Below are positions 55,163-64,000 of a DNA stretch of 64,000 nt, in pieces; the stretch's first letter is position 1, and each line of letters starts with the position of its first letter. The stretch covers positions 5,431 through 69,430 of the forward strand of contig CAWIKT010000024.1 of the NCBI GenBank assembly GCA_963836555.1. The letters are read 5' to 3'. The notes under the pieces are model-generated. The model was given only the letters and a program-made list of their open reading frames with translations, was not told where the DNA came from and searched no databases. The position numbers were made by a program, and so were the translations under genes. This DNA is from an uncultured Actinomycetota bacterium. Lineage in GTDB: Bacteria; Actinomycetota; Actinomycetes; Mycobacteriales; Mycobacteriaceae.

Positions 55163-55618
55163 ATGACTGACACCGCCGCGACCGAGATGATTCACGGGCT
55201 GGTCCCACTCGCCGTCACGCTGGGCATCACCGCGGACGCCGCGGGGCCCGAAGAAGTTGTGCTGAGCCTGAATTGGGCGGAGAAGCTCACGACCGGTGGA
55301 GGTGTGCTGCACGGCGGCATCGTGATGGCGTTGGCCGACACCTCCGGCGCGGTGTGCGCGTTCCTGAATCTGCCCGAGGGCGCCGGTGGCACGACCACCA
55401 TCGAGTCCAAGACGAATTTCTTTCGTCCGCTGACGATGCCGTCCGGAACGGACGGAGGAGGAAGCGGACCATCAGATCCTGCGACTCGCTCCGGCACGGT
55501 CAAGGCACACAGCCGTCCGCTGCACGTCGGGCGCAGGGTCATCGTGGTCGAGACGGAGATCCGCGGGGGCAACGGCAAGCTTGCCGCCAAAACCATTCAG
55601 TCGCAGGCGGTTCTGTGA
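55163..55618 (+). CDS. PaaI-family thioesterase with an 18-aa insert
   Basis: GVLHGG..MALAD, TTIESKTNF, LHVGRR. Confidence 0.9.
   Translation: MTDTAATEMIHGLVPLAVTLGITADAAGPEEVVLSLNWAEKLTTGGGVLHGGIVMALADTSGAVCAFLNLPEGAGGTTTIESKTNFFRPLTMPSGTDGGGSGPSDPATRSGTVKAHSRPLHVGRRVIVVETEIRGGNGKLAAKTIQSQAVL
55432..55486 (+). repeat. MIRU-type element, copy G: in-frame insertion in the thioesterase
   Basis: GACGATG-CCGTCCG-GAA-CGGACGG-AGGAGGAAG. Confidence 0.78.
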
Positions 55619-56695
55619 TCAATCCGCGAGTTGGCGGGCCAGCCGTTCGGTGAATTCCCGCACCCGGTCGGGGTCGTCGAGCGCGTAGCGTGCGGCGGTG
55701 GCGCGGTCGCCGTCGTCACTGTGTCGCACCAGGATCGCGATGCCGTCGTCGGCCACCGCATCGAAAGCGTCCTCGTCGGTGATGTCATCGCCGAGGTAGA
55801 TCGGCAGCAGCGGGCCACCGCCCTCGTTATCGCGGATGTAGTCCAGCACCCAGTGCAACGTCTTTCCCTTGTCCCAGTCGACATTTGGACGTAGCTCGAT
55901 GACTTCGCGGCCGGTCGTCACCCGCAGGGCGGTGCGTTGTCCGGCGCTACGGACCGCGGCGGCCACCTCGCCGACGCGGTCCCGAGCCGCGTTGCGGTAG
56001 TGCACAGCGACGCCGAATCGCTTGTGCTCAACCACCACCCCCGGGATGTCACCGAGTTGGCCGGCCAGCTCAGCGGCGGCGTCGGCCAGCACCGAAATCG
56101 CCGCCGCTGCCTCAGCATTCTGGTGGTGTTTGCCGTCGGGTCCGGTCAGCTCGAAACCATGGCTGCCGGCGTACCAGAGGCCGGGCAGGCCGATCCGCTC
56201 GCGGACGTCGGCCAGGTCGCGACCGCTGAGGATCGCGACCGGGCACCGAGCGCTCAGCGCTGTCAGCGCCTCGGCGGCGCCGTCGGCCAGTCGCGCGGTG
56301 TCGGGGTCTTTCACGATCTCGGACAGGGTGCCGTCGAAGTCATAGAACACCGCGGGATCGGCCGCAGCGTCAAGCGCCTGCAGGCCGTCGGGCAGTTCGG
56401 ACATACGTCGATCCCCGGTGCGGACATCAATGTCGCCGAGACTCTGTCCGGCTCCGACGTCGATTACCAGCGCGAAACCGGCCGCCCGGGCCGCCGATGC
56501 GCTCTCTTCGGTAGAAGTAACGACGGCGCAGCGGCCGGGCCGCACCTCGAGGCGGTGGGCCGAGTCGACGAACGAAGCGGCATCGGATCGATCGACGCGC
56601 ACGCCCGCCTGGTGCAGTCGCGTCACGAACGCGGCATCGGGGTCAGTGTCGAAGAGCACGGCGTCCAGGCGGCGTGGGTCGATGGTGACCGACAT
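55619..56695 (-). CDS. otsB2: Trehalose-6-phosphate phosphatase
   Basis: YDFDGTLS, ILSGR, AGSHG, WDKG, GDDITDEDAF. Confidence 0.94.
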   Translation of the reverse strand: MSVTIDPRRLDAVLFDTDPDAAFVTRLHQAGVRVDRSDAASFVDSAHRLEVRPGRCAVVTSTEESASAARAAGFALVIDVGAGQSLGDIDVRTGDRRMSELPDGLQALDAAADPAVFYDFDGTLSEIVKDPDTARLADGAAEALTALSARCPVAILSGRDLADVRERIGLPGLWYAGSHGFELTGPDGKHHQNAEAAAAISVLADAAAELAGQLGDIPGVVVEHKRFGVAVHYRNAARDRVGEVAAAVRSAGQRTALRVTTGREVIELRPNVDWDKGKTLHWVLDYIRDNEGGGPLLPIYLGDDITDEDAFDAVADDGIAILVRHSDDGDRATAARYALDDPDRVREFTERLARQLAD

Positions 56696-56761
56696 TGCCC
56701 GCCCCGCCTTCCCGGGCCGCGGTCGCGGCGCCGCTAGTCAGGTTAGTCGGCCCTGGTGCAT

Positions 56762-56783
56762 TCGAACATGTATTCGATACACT
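56762..56783 (+). promoter_or_regulatory. LexA (SOS) box and -10 hexamer of leaderless dnaE2
   Basis: TCGAAC-ATGT-ATTCGA (56762-56777) followed by TACACT (56778-56783), 6 nt before the ATG. Confidence 0.88.
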
Positions 56784-56789
56784 GAGTCG

Positions 56790-59700
56790 ATGGGGTGGAG
56801 CAATGGGCCGCCGGGGTGGTCGGAGATTGAGCGGGTGCTCTCCGGCAAGCCGCGGCGTTCCGGCACGCCGACGGTGTGGACTCCTGCCGACGAGGCGCCA
56901 CGATCTCCCAAGCGAATCGCCTATCAGCCGCCGGACCACGGCCGACCGATGCGTTCGTCGGTGCCCTATGCCGAGCTGCACGCGCATTCGGCGTACAGCT
57001 TTCTCGACGGGGCCAGCGCGCCAGAGGAACTGGTCGAAGAGGCGGTACGGCTGGGCCTGCGGGCCATCGCACTGACCGACCACAACGGGCTCTACGGCGC
57101 AGTGCGGTTTGCCGAAGCGGCCGTGGAACTGGACATGCGGACGGTGTACGGCGCCGAGCTGTCGCTGAGTTCGATGGTCCGAACCGACGGCCCCGATCCG
57201 GCCGGTCCGCATCTGTTGGTGTTGGCTCGCGGGCCGGAAGGCTATCGCCGGCTGTCGCGTCAGCTGGCGGTGGCGCATCTGGCCGGCGGTGAGAAAGGCA
57301 AACTGCGTTTCGACTACGACGCGCTCACCGAGGCGGCCGGCGGCCACTGGCACATCCTGACCGGGTGTCGCAAAGGCCACGTCCGCTCCGCGCTGGCCAC
57401 CGGCGGACCGGACGCCGCCGCGGCGGCATTGGGCGATCTGGTGGATCGGTTCGGCTCCGACCGGGTCAGCGTCGAGCTGACCCACCACGGCTGCCCGGTC
57501 GACGACGACCTCAATGCCGAAATGGCCCTACTGGCAAAGCGATTCGGATTGAGATGCGTTGCCACAACCGGCGCGCATTTCGCCGGACCCTCGCGGCGGC
57601 AACTGGCGATGGCCATGGGCGCGATTCGGGCCAGGCAGTCGCTGGACGAGGCGGCCGGCTGGTTGGCCCCGCTGGGCGGTTCGCACCTACGCTCCGGGGA
57701 AGAGATGGCGCGGCTGTTCGCGCAGCACCCCGACGCGGTGACGGCCGCCGCCGAGCTCGGCGAGCAGTGCGCCTTCGGCCTGGCGCTGATCGCGCCGCAG
57801 TTGCCGCCGTTTCCAGATGTGCCGCCCGGCTCAACCGAAGACAGCTGGTTGCGTGAGCTGACGATGGCTGGGGCCCAGCGCCGTTACGGGACGCGGGCCC
57901 AGGCGCGGCAGGCGTATGCCCAGATCGAGCATGAGCTGAAAACCATTGCACAGCTGAATTTTCCGGGATATTTCTTGGTGGTCTACGACATCACCCGGTT
58001 CTGCCGGGAGAACAACATCCTGTGCCAGGGCCGGGGATCGGCGGCCAACTCGGCGGTCTGCTACGCGCTCGGCGTCACCGCGGTCGACCCGGTTGCCAAC
58101 GAGTTGCTGTTCGAGCGTTTTCTGTCGCCGGAGCGCGACGGTCCGCCCGACATCGACATCGACATCGAGTCGGACCTGCGCGAGCAGGTTATCCAATACG
58201 TCTACGACAAGTACGGCCGCGACTACGCCGCTCAGGTCGCCAACGTGATCACCTATCGCAGTCGAATCGCGGTGCGCGACATGGCCCGTGCCCTGGGGTT
58301 CTCGCAGGGACAGCAGGACGCCTGGAGCAAGCAGATCAGCCACTGGAGCGGACGTCCGGCCGACATCGACGGGATCCCCGAGCAGGTGGTCGAACTGGCC
58401 GACCAAATCCAGAACCTGCCCCGGCACATGGGCATTCATTCCGGCGGCATGGTGATCTGCGACCGGCCGATCGCCGACGTCTGCCCGGTCGAGTGGGCCC
58501 GCATGGAGAACCGCAGCGTGCTGCAGTGGGACAAAGACGATTGCGCGGCAATCGGTTTGGTGAAGTTCGATCTGCTCGGGCTGGGCATGCTCTCGGCGCT
58601 GCATTACGCCATCGACCTGGTGCACGAGCACAAAGGCATCAAGGTCGACCTGTCCACGTTGGACCTGTCCGAGCCGGCGGTGTACGAGATGTTGCAACGG
58701 GCCGACTCGGTCGGGGTGTTCCAGGTGGAGTCGCGCGCGCAGATGGCCACGCTGCCGAGGCTGAAACCCCGGGTGTTCTACGACCTGGTGGTCGAGGTGG
58801 CGTTGATCCGTCCCGGACCCATCCAGGGCGGATCGGTGCATCCCTACATCCGGCGCCGCAACGGCCTCGACCCGGTCACCTACGACCACCCGTCGATGGA
58901 GCCGGCATTGCACAAGACGTTGGGAGTGCCGCTCTTTCAGGAACAGCTGATGCAGCTCGCCGTGGACTGCGCCGGGTTCTCCGGCGCCGAGGCCGATCAG
59001 TTGCGCCGTGCTATGGGATCCAAGCGGTCGACCGAACGCATGCAGCGGTTGCGGGGCCGGTTCTACGACGGCATGCGAAACCTGCACGGCGCTTCCGACG
59101 AGGTGATCGACCGGGTCTTTGAAAAGTTGGAGGCATTCGCCAATTTCGGCTTCCCGGAAAGCCATTCACTGAGCTTCGCGTCACTGGTCTTCTATTCGTC
59201 GTGGTTCAAGCTGCATCACCCCGCGGCGTTCTGCGCCGCGCTGCTGCGTGCGCAACCGATGGGCTTCTACTCGCCGCAATCGCTGGTGGCCGACGCTCGC
59301 CGGCACGGCGTCACGGTGCACGGTCCATGTGTGGCCGCCAGCCTGGTGCATGCCACGCTGGAAAACGCCGGAACCGAGGTGCGCCTGGGGTTGGGCAGCG
59401 TCAGGCATATCGGGGAAGATCTGGCCGAGAAGCTGGTCGAGGAACGAAAAGCTCACGGCCCCTTCACTTCTCTGCTGGACATGACGACCCGGGTCCAGTT
59501 GTCTGTGCCACAGACCGAGGCACTGGCGACGGCGGGTGCGCTGAGCTGCTTCGGGATGTCGCGCCGCGAGGGGTTGTGGGCGGCCGGTGCGGCCGCCACC
59601 CAGCGGCCGGATCGTCTGCCGGGGGTGGGCTCGTCGTCGCACGTTCCGGCCCTGCCTGGGATGAGCGACGTGGAATTGGCCGCGTCCGACGTGTGGGCCA

Positions 59701-60074
59701 CCGGCATCTCCCCGGACAGCTACCCGACCCAATTTCTGCGGCCGGATCTCGACGCACTGGGGGTGGTGCCCGCCGCCGATCTGTTGGCGGTGCCCGACGG
59801 CGACCGGGTGCTGATCGCCGGGGCGGTCACCCACCGGCAACGGCCCGGGACGGCGCAGGGGGTGACGTTCATCAACCTCGAGGATGAGACCGGGATGGTC
59901 AACGTGCTCTGCACGCCGGGGGTGTGGGCACGCCACCGCAAGCTGGCGCAGAGCGCGCCGGCGCTGCTGGTTCGCGGTCAGGTCCAAAATGCCAGTGGCG
60001 CAGTCACCGTCATGGCAGAGCGGTTCGCCAAGCTCACCCTGAAGATCGGATCGAAGTCCCGCGACTTCCGGTGA
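56790..60074 (+). CDS. dnaE2: Error-prone DNA polymerase III alpha subunit
   Basis: PHP motif ELHAHSAYSFLDG, GRGSAANS, PPDIDIDIE, C-terminal SRDFR. Confidence 0.98.
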   Translation: MGWSNGPPGWSEIERVLSGKPRRSGTPTVWTPADEAPRSPKRIAYQPPDHGRPMRSSVPYAELHAHSAYSFLDGASAPEELVEEAVRLGLRAIALTDHNGLYGAVRFAEAAVELDMRTVYGAELSLSSMVRTDGPDPAGPHLLVLARGPEGYRRLSRQLAVAHLAGGEKGKLRFDYDALTEAAGGHWHILTGCRKGHVRSALATGGPDAAAAALGDLVDRFGSDRVSVELTHHGCPVDDDLNAEMALLAKRFGLRCVATTGAHFAGPSRRQLAMAMGAIRARQSLDEAAGWLAPLGGSHLRSGEEMARLFAQHPDAVTAAAELGEQCAFGLALIAPQLPPFPDVPPGSTEDSWLRELTMAGAQRRYGTRAQARQAYAQIEHELKTIAQLNFPGYFLVVYDITRFCRENNILCQGRGSAANSAVCYALGVTAVDPVANELLFERFLSPERDGPPDIDIDIESDLREQVIQYVYDKYGRDYAAQVANVITYRSRIAVRDMARALGFSQGQQDAWSKQISHWSGRPADIDGIPEQVVELADQIQNLPRHMGIHSGGMVICDRPIADVCPVEWARMENRSVLQWDKDDCAAIGLVKFDLLGLGMLSALHYAIDLVHEHKGIKVDLSTLDLSEPAVYEMLQRADSVGVFQVESRAQMATLPRLKPRVFYDLVVEVALIRPGPIQGGSVHPYIRRRNGLDPVTYDHPSMEPALHKTLGVPLFQEQLMQLAVDCAGFSGAEADQLRRAMGSKRSTERMQRLRGRFYDGMRNLHGASDEVIDRVFEKLEAFANFGFPESHSLSFASLVFYSSWFKLHHPAAFCAALLRAQPMGFYSPQSLVADARRHGVTVHGPCVAASLVHATLENAGTEVRLGLGSVRHIGEDLAEKLVEERKAHGPFTSLLDMTTRVQLSVPQTEALATAGALSCFGMSRREGLWAAGAAATQRPDRLPGVGSSSHVPALPGMSDVELAASDVWATGISPDSYPTQFLRPDLDALGVVPAADLLAVPDGDRVLIAGAVTHRQRPGTAQGVTFINLEDETGMVNVLCTPGVWARHRKLAQSAPALLVRGQVQNASGAVTVMAERFAKLTLKIGSKSRDFR

Positions 60075-60115
60075 CCGCGAAACCTCAAGGGGCGCAATCG
60101 TATCTCGCGTCCCAA

Positions 60116-60242
60116 GTCTCGGTGTCCATCCTTTTTTCGTTTTTCGACCACATGCGATATCACCAGCAGTGCCCACCGGGGTGATATCGCATACGCGTCG
60201 TTTTCGAAGAAAGGGCATCCCAGCGGAGACGGTACCGCTGGG
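60116..60242. repeat. Long imperfect intergenic hairpin after dnaE2
   Basis: Perfect core ATGCGATATCACC/GGTGATATCGCAT, outer arms CGAC/GTCG and CCTTTTTTCG/CGAAGAAAGG; second hairpin CCCAGCGG/CCGCTGGG. Confidence 0.7.
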
Positions 60243-60280
60243 GCCAGTGTGACAACGCACCGCGAATGTAGTCTCCAAGC

Positions 60281-60925
60281 ATGGCCCTCAACCTTTCTGT
60301 CGACGAACTCCTCACCACCACCCGATCGGTCCGCAAGCGCCTCGACTTCGACAAGCCGGTGTCGCGCGACGTCCTGATGGAATGTCTCGATCTGGCGCTA
60401 CAGGCGCCGACCGGCTCCAATTCCCAAGGCTGGCAATGGGTTTTCGTCGAGGACGAGGACAAGAAGAAAGCGATCGGCGAGATCTACCTCGACAATGCAC
60501 GGGGCTACCTGAAGTCACCGGCACAGGAGTACGCCGAGGGCGACACACGCGGGGAGCGGATGCCGGCCGTCCGCGATTCCGCGAGCTATCTGGCCGAGCG
60601 CATCCACGAAGCGCCGGTGCTGATGATCCCGTGCATCGAAGGCCGCGAAGACAAGCAGCCGATGGGCGGAGCGGGTTACTGGGCGTCACTGCACCCGGCG
60701 GTCTGGAGCTTCTGCCTGGCGTTGCGCTCGCGCGGGCTGGGCACCTGCTGGACGACGCTGCACCTGATCCGCGGCGGCGAGGAAAAGGTCGCCGACATCG
60801 TCGGCATCCCCTACGAGAAGTACAGCCAGGGCGGCCTGTTCCCGATCGCCTACACCAAGGGCACCGACTTCAAGCCCGCCAAGCGGTTGCCCGCCGAGCA
60901 GCTCACGCACTGGAACACTTGGTAA
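60281..60925 (+). CDS. Nitroreductase-family protein (Rv3368c-like)
   Basis: TTRSVRKRL, QAPTGSNSQGW, RGLGTCWT. Confidence 0.92.
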   Translation: MALNLSVDELLTTTRSVRKRLDFDKPVSRDVLMECLDLALQAPTGSNSQGWQWVFVEDEDKKKAIGEIYLDNARGYLKSPAQEYAEGDTRGERMPAVRDSASYLAERIHEAPVLMIPCIEGREDKQPMGGAGYWASLHPAVWSFCLALRSRGLGTCWTTLHLIRGGEEKVADIVGIPYEKYSQGGLFPIAYTKGTDFKPAKRLPAEQLTHWNTW

Positions 60926-60926
60926 T

Positions 60927-61271
60927 TCACGCGAGGTGCACGGTGACCGCGACGCCGCCTCCGCTGCCACGGTGGGCGACCGCGTGGCCTTGTCGGTCTG
61001 CGCCGTCCAAGCCGACCAGCGTGATCGGTCCGCCGTCGCCCAGGAAGTTGCGCCACCACGACTTCTGGTCGGGCCACGCCACGCGGATCGTCACGGTGTC
61101 GCCGCGTCGGGAGTAGGCGACCGGGGTCTCGAATGTCTTTCCGGAGCGCCGGCCGTCGTAGCGGATCACGATGAACTTGCGGCGGACCACGCCGCCCAGC
61201 AGCGGCGCCTCCGCGAGACCGCTGAACAACGCGTTGACCCATCGAACAAGCGGACGGTCGTTGAGTGCCAT
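60927..61271 (-). CDS. Small split-barrel (F420/deazaflavin nitroreductase-like) hypothetical protein
   Basis: GRRSGKTFETPV and WWRNF motifs. Confidence 0.7.
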   Translation of the reverse strand: MALNDRPLVRWVNALFSGLAEAPLLGGVVRRKFIVIRYDGRRSGKTFETPVAYSRRGDTVTIRVAWPDQKSWWRNFLGDGGPITLVGLDGADRQGHAVAHRGSGGGVAVTVHLA

Positions 61272-61285
61272 GCCGCCGATGCTAA

Positions 61286-61353
61286 TCACACCGCGGGTTG
61301 GGATGGCCCTGCTCCTCCTCAGAACGCTGCGCGTTCTGCATCGTCACACCGCG
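61286..61353 (-). repeat. MIRU-type element, copy H (58-bp period, 10-bp direct repeat) after trmL
   Basis: Minus strand GACGATG-CAGAACGC-GCA-GCGTTCTG-AGGAGGAG; TCACACCGCG at 61286 and 61344. Confidence 0.9.
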
Positions 61354-61808
61354 CCGCTGAAATCCTGCTGCCGCCACGCCTCGTACACGGCAACGGCGGC
61401 GGCGTTCGCCAGGTTCAACGACCGCCGGCCATCCAACATCGGGATGCGCACCCGCGCGGTGATGTGCGAGTCGGCCAGCGTCGCCTCATCCAGTCCGGTC
61501 GGCTCTGGGCCGAACATCAACACATCGCCGGCCTGGTAGCTGACGTCGGTGAACAGTCGCGTCGCGTGCGCGGTGAAGGCGAACACCCGTCGCGGCGCTA
61601 TCGCCGTCCATGCGTCATCCAACGATGGATGCACGGTGACCGACGCGAGGTCGTGGTAATCCAGGCCGGCCCGACGCAAATTGGGTTCGGAGAGATCGAA
61701 ACCGAGTGGCTCGACGAGATGAAGTTCCGCTCCCGTTGCCGCCGCCGTACGGATTGCATTACCCGTATTCGGCGGGATTCGAGGTGAGTAGAACAGCAGC
61801 CTGAACAC
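61344..61808 (-). CDS. trmL: tRNA (cytidine(34)-2'-O)-methyltransferase, SpoU family (Rv3366-like)
   Basis: PRIPPNTGN, RRAGLDY, FGPEPTGL, RSLNLAN. Confidence 0.95.
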   Translation of the reverse strand: MFRLLFYSPRIPPNTGNAIRTAAATGAELHLVEPLGFDLSEPNLRRAGLDYHDLASVTVHPSLDDAWTAIAPRRVFAFTAHATRLFTDVSYQAGDVLMFGPEPTGLDEATLADSHITARVRIPMLDGRRSLNLANAAAVAVYEAWRQQDFSGAV

Positions 61809-62109
61809 AACACACCGTAACCGGAAAGGCACTACGCCCCGGACCCGAGTTAGCCGCGTCATTGACCGCTTCGCAACCCGTTCGGATTATTTGCTCGGCA
61901 ATCCGCGGCGACGTCTGAAGTGTGTCGGTGAACTCTGTCTGTTCAGTAAGAATTATGGTCACTGCCGCCGCAGCCTGGCATACTCGCTGAATTGCCAGGC
62001 GTATATCGCTTGCCCGTCGCTGGGGGTGGGCGCAATTAGCAGGAAGTCTCATGAACGACGCGCTAACACTGCGATTCAGCGGAGCGGACGCTAACACCGC
62101 GCTGGTCCG

Positions 62110-64000
62110 GTGACCATGTTTGCCCGCGCCACCCGGGCGAAGCCGTCGACGAAAAGTGGGCCCGCTGATAGCAACAGCGTCGAGTCCGCATCGGCCAAAC
62201 GCCCGCCCTCGTGGTCGCTACGCAATTGGCCGGTCCGTTGGAAAGTCGTCGCCATTGTCGCGTTGCCATTAGTCCTGGCAATGCTTTTCGGTGGATTTCG
62301 CATCGCGGGCGCGCTGACCGACGCCCATCGACTCCGGCTGGCAGCCGACCGCGCCGAGATGGTCCCGGCGATCACCAAATACATGTCGGCGCTCGACGTC
62401 GCGCTGCTGGCGGACTCGACCGGAGGCGATGCCGACGGCGCGACGAAAAACTACGACGCCCGCAAGAGCGAGCTCGAAGCCCGGTTGCACGGCACCGACG
62501 TCGCGCCCGATGTGGCCGCCGGCGTCGATGCGATGCTGGACGGTGGGCAATCGCTGCTGGACAACGTGAAGTCGAACACGCTCGGGCTGCGCCCCCGGAT
62601 AACGACCTACGCGCCGATCCTGCTGACCGCCGAGAACGCGATCGACGGGTCGGTGCGGTTGGACAACGAGCAGATCCGGGCCCAGGCCCAGGGCCTCAGC
62701 CGAGCGGTCGGGGCCCGCGGCCAGATGATGATGCAGCAGGTGTTGATCGCCCGCGGCGCGGATCTGCCCGAACCCGAGCTGCGAACGTCGATGATCACGC
62801 TGGCCGGTACCGAGCCGTCGACCCTTTTCGGCATGGCCGAAGTGCTGGGTGTCGGCTCGCCGGAGGCCAAGACGCTGCAAAAGCAGATGGTGACCCGGAT
62901 GGGTCTGATGTCCGATCCGGCGCAGAAGCTGGTGAACAACCCGGCGTTGCTGCGCTCGGTGCAGACCACCGACGGGATCGCCGCGCAGATCATCAACGAC
63001 ATCACCGCGCACATCACCAAGGCCGTCGAGGACCAGGCGCACAACCTGCGCAACGCCGCGATTCGCGACTCGGTCCTGGTGGTGGCCGCCATCCTGGCCG
63101 CGATCGTGATCGTGTCGCTGGTCGCGCGCTCACTGATCCGGCCGCTGCGGGTGCTGCGCGACGGCGCGTTGAAGGTGGCCCACGAAGACCTCGAGCGCGA
63201 AATCACTCGGGTGCGGGCCGGCGACGAGTCGCCGCCCGCGCCCCTGCCGGTGCACACCACCGAGGAAATCGGTCAGGTCGCCCACGCGGTCGACGAGTTG
63301 CACACGCAGGCATTGCTGTTGGCCGGTGACGAAAGCCGGCTGCGGCACCTGGTCAACGACATGTTCGAGACAATGTCGCGACGCAACCGCTCGCTGGTCG
63401 ACCAGCAGCTGTCGCTGATCGACCGCCTGGAACGCAACGAAGAGGATCCCGAGCGACTCGACAGCCTGTTCCGCCTCGACCACTTGGCCACCCGGATGCG
63501 CCGCAACGGCGCGAACCTGCTGGTGCTGGCGGGCGCGCAGAGTTCGCGCGGTGACCAGCGCACGGGTGTGCCGCTGTCGTCGGTCATCCACGCGGCCGCG
63601 TCCGAAGTCGAGGACTACCGCCGGGTCGAGACATCGATGGTGCCCGACTGCACGATCGCCGGCGCTGTCTCCAACGACATCGTCCATCTGCTCGCCGAGT
63701 TGATCGACAACGCGCTGCGCTACTCGCCGCCGGCGTCGCCGGTGCGGGTCTCGGCCGAATTGCGCGGCGACGGCGCGGTGCTGCTGCAAATCGTGGACGT
63801 CGGGTTGGGCATGACCGACGGCGACCGCCGGATCGCCAACATGCGGCTGCGGGCCGGGGGAGAGGTCAGTCCCGACAGCGCCCGACACATGGGCTTGTTC
63901 GTCGTCGGCCGACTTGCCGATCGGCACAACATCCGGGTCCGGCTGCGTGGCTCGTCACTCGAAGAGGCGCGATCAGGCACGACCGCCGAGATCTATCTGC
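62110..64000 (+). CDS. Conservon-type membrane sensor histidine kinase (Rv3365c-like), 3'-partial; absent from the ORF track
   Basis: WSLRNWPVRWK, HAMP region, SRRNRSLV, LFRLDHLATRMRRN, ELIDNALRYS, DVGLG, MGLFVV; frame runs off the window. Confidence 0.92.
   Translation, partial: MTMFARATRAKPSTKSGPADSNSVESASAKRPPSWSLRNWPVRWKVVAIVALPLVLAMLFGGFRIAGALTDAHRLRLAADRAEMVPAITKYMSALDVALLADSTGGDADGATKNYDARKSELEARLHGTDVAPDVAAGVDAMLDGGQSLLDNVKSNTLGLRPRITTYAPILLTAENAIDGSVRLDNEQIRAQAQGLSRAVGARGQMMMQQVLIARGADLPEPELRTSMITLAGTEPSTLFGMAEVLGVGSPEAKTLQKQMVTRMGLMSDPAQKLVNNPALLRSVQTTDGIAAQIINDITAHITKAVEDQAHNLRNAAIRDSVLVVAAILAAIVIVSLVARSLIRPLRVLRDGALKVAHEDLEREITRVRAGDESPPAPLPVHTTEEIGQVAHAVDELHTQALLLAGDESRLRHLVNDMFETMSRRNRSLVDQQLSLIDRLERNEEDPERLDSLFRLDHLATRMRRNGANLLVLAGAQSSRGDQRTGVPLSSVIHAAASEVEDYRRVETSMVPDCTIAGAVSNDIVHLLAELIDNALRYSPPASPVRVSAELRGDGAVLLQIVDVGLGMTDGDRRIANMRLRAGGEVSPDSARHMGLFVVGRLADRHNIRVRLRGSSLEEARSGTTAEIYL

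Noticed and set aside
56418-56789. 124-aa N-terminal extension of DnaE2 overlapping otsB2
   Set aside because: The SOS box, the -10 and the conserved MGWSNGPP start place the gene start at 56790; the extension is an open antisense frame

Overview
High-GC Mycobacterium chromosomal window collinear with the M. tuberculosis Rv3436c-Rv3365c region, from a non-tuberculous species (no PE/PPE genes or IS elements recognised here). Core backbone: glmS, nnr, gadB, alr, tsaE-tsaB-rimI-tsaD, CIRCE-controlled groES-groEL1, whiB3, sigD-rsdA, guaB2-guaB3-choD, beta-PGM/GH65, guaA, SOS-boxed imuA'-imuB and dnaE2, iunH, acrA1, lpqD, htdY, otsB2, trmL and a conservon-type sensor kinase. Accessory blocks sit at about 1.7-4.7 kb, 15-20.9 kb, 32.3-33.9 kb, 35.6-41.7 kb, 45.3-46.2 kb, 48.3-52.2 kb and 54-55.6 kb. 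Two zones (4.8-8.4 kb and 24.5-30.7 kb) carry dense 1-bp frameshifts in normally essential genes and are most likely sequencing errors. Most notable observations: (1) eight copies of a MIRU-type element with the architecture GACGATG-[hairpin with a 3-nt loop]-AGGAG(G/A), whose stems covary and which is carried in-frame inside or at the end of TsaB, RimI and a PaaI thioesterase; (2) a SodC paralogue that has lost two copper-site histidines and gained a Thr-rich tail; (3) a 5'-truncated Rv1364c/MursiF-like gene keeping kinase and STAS domains but not the phosphatase; (4) two uncharacterised catabolic or sulfation clusters with clear palindromic operators. All family assignments are from recalled motifs and synteny; no database search was run.
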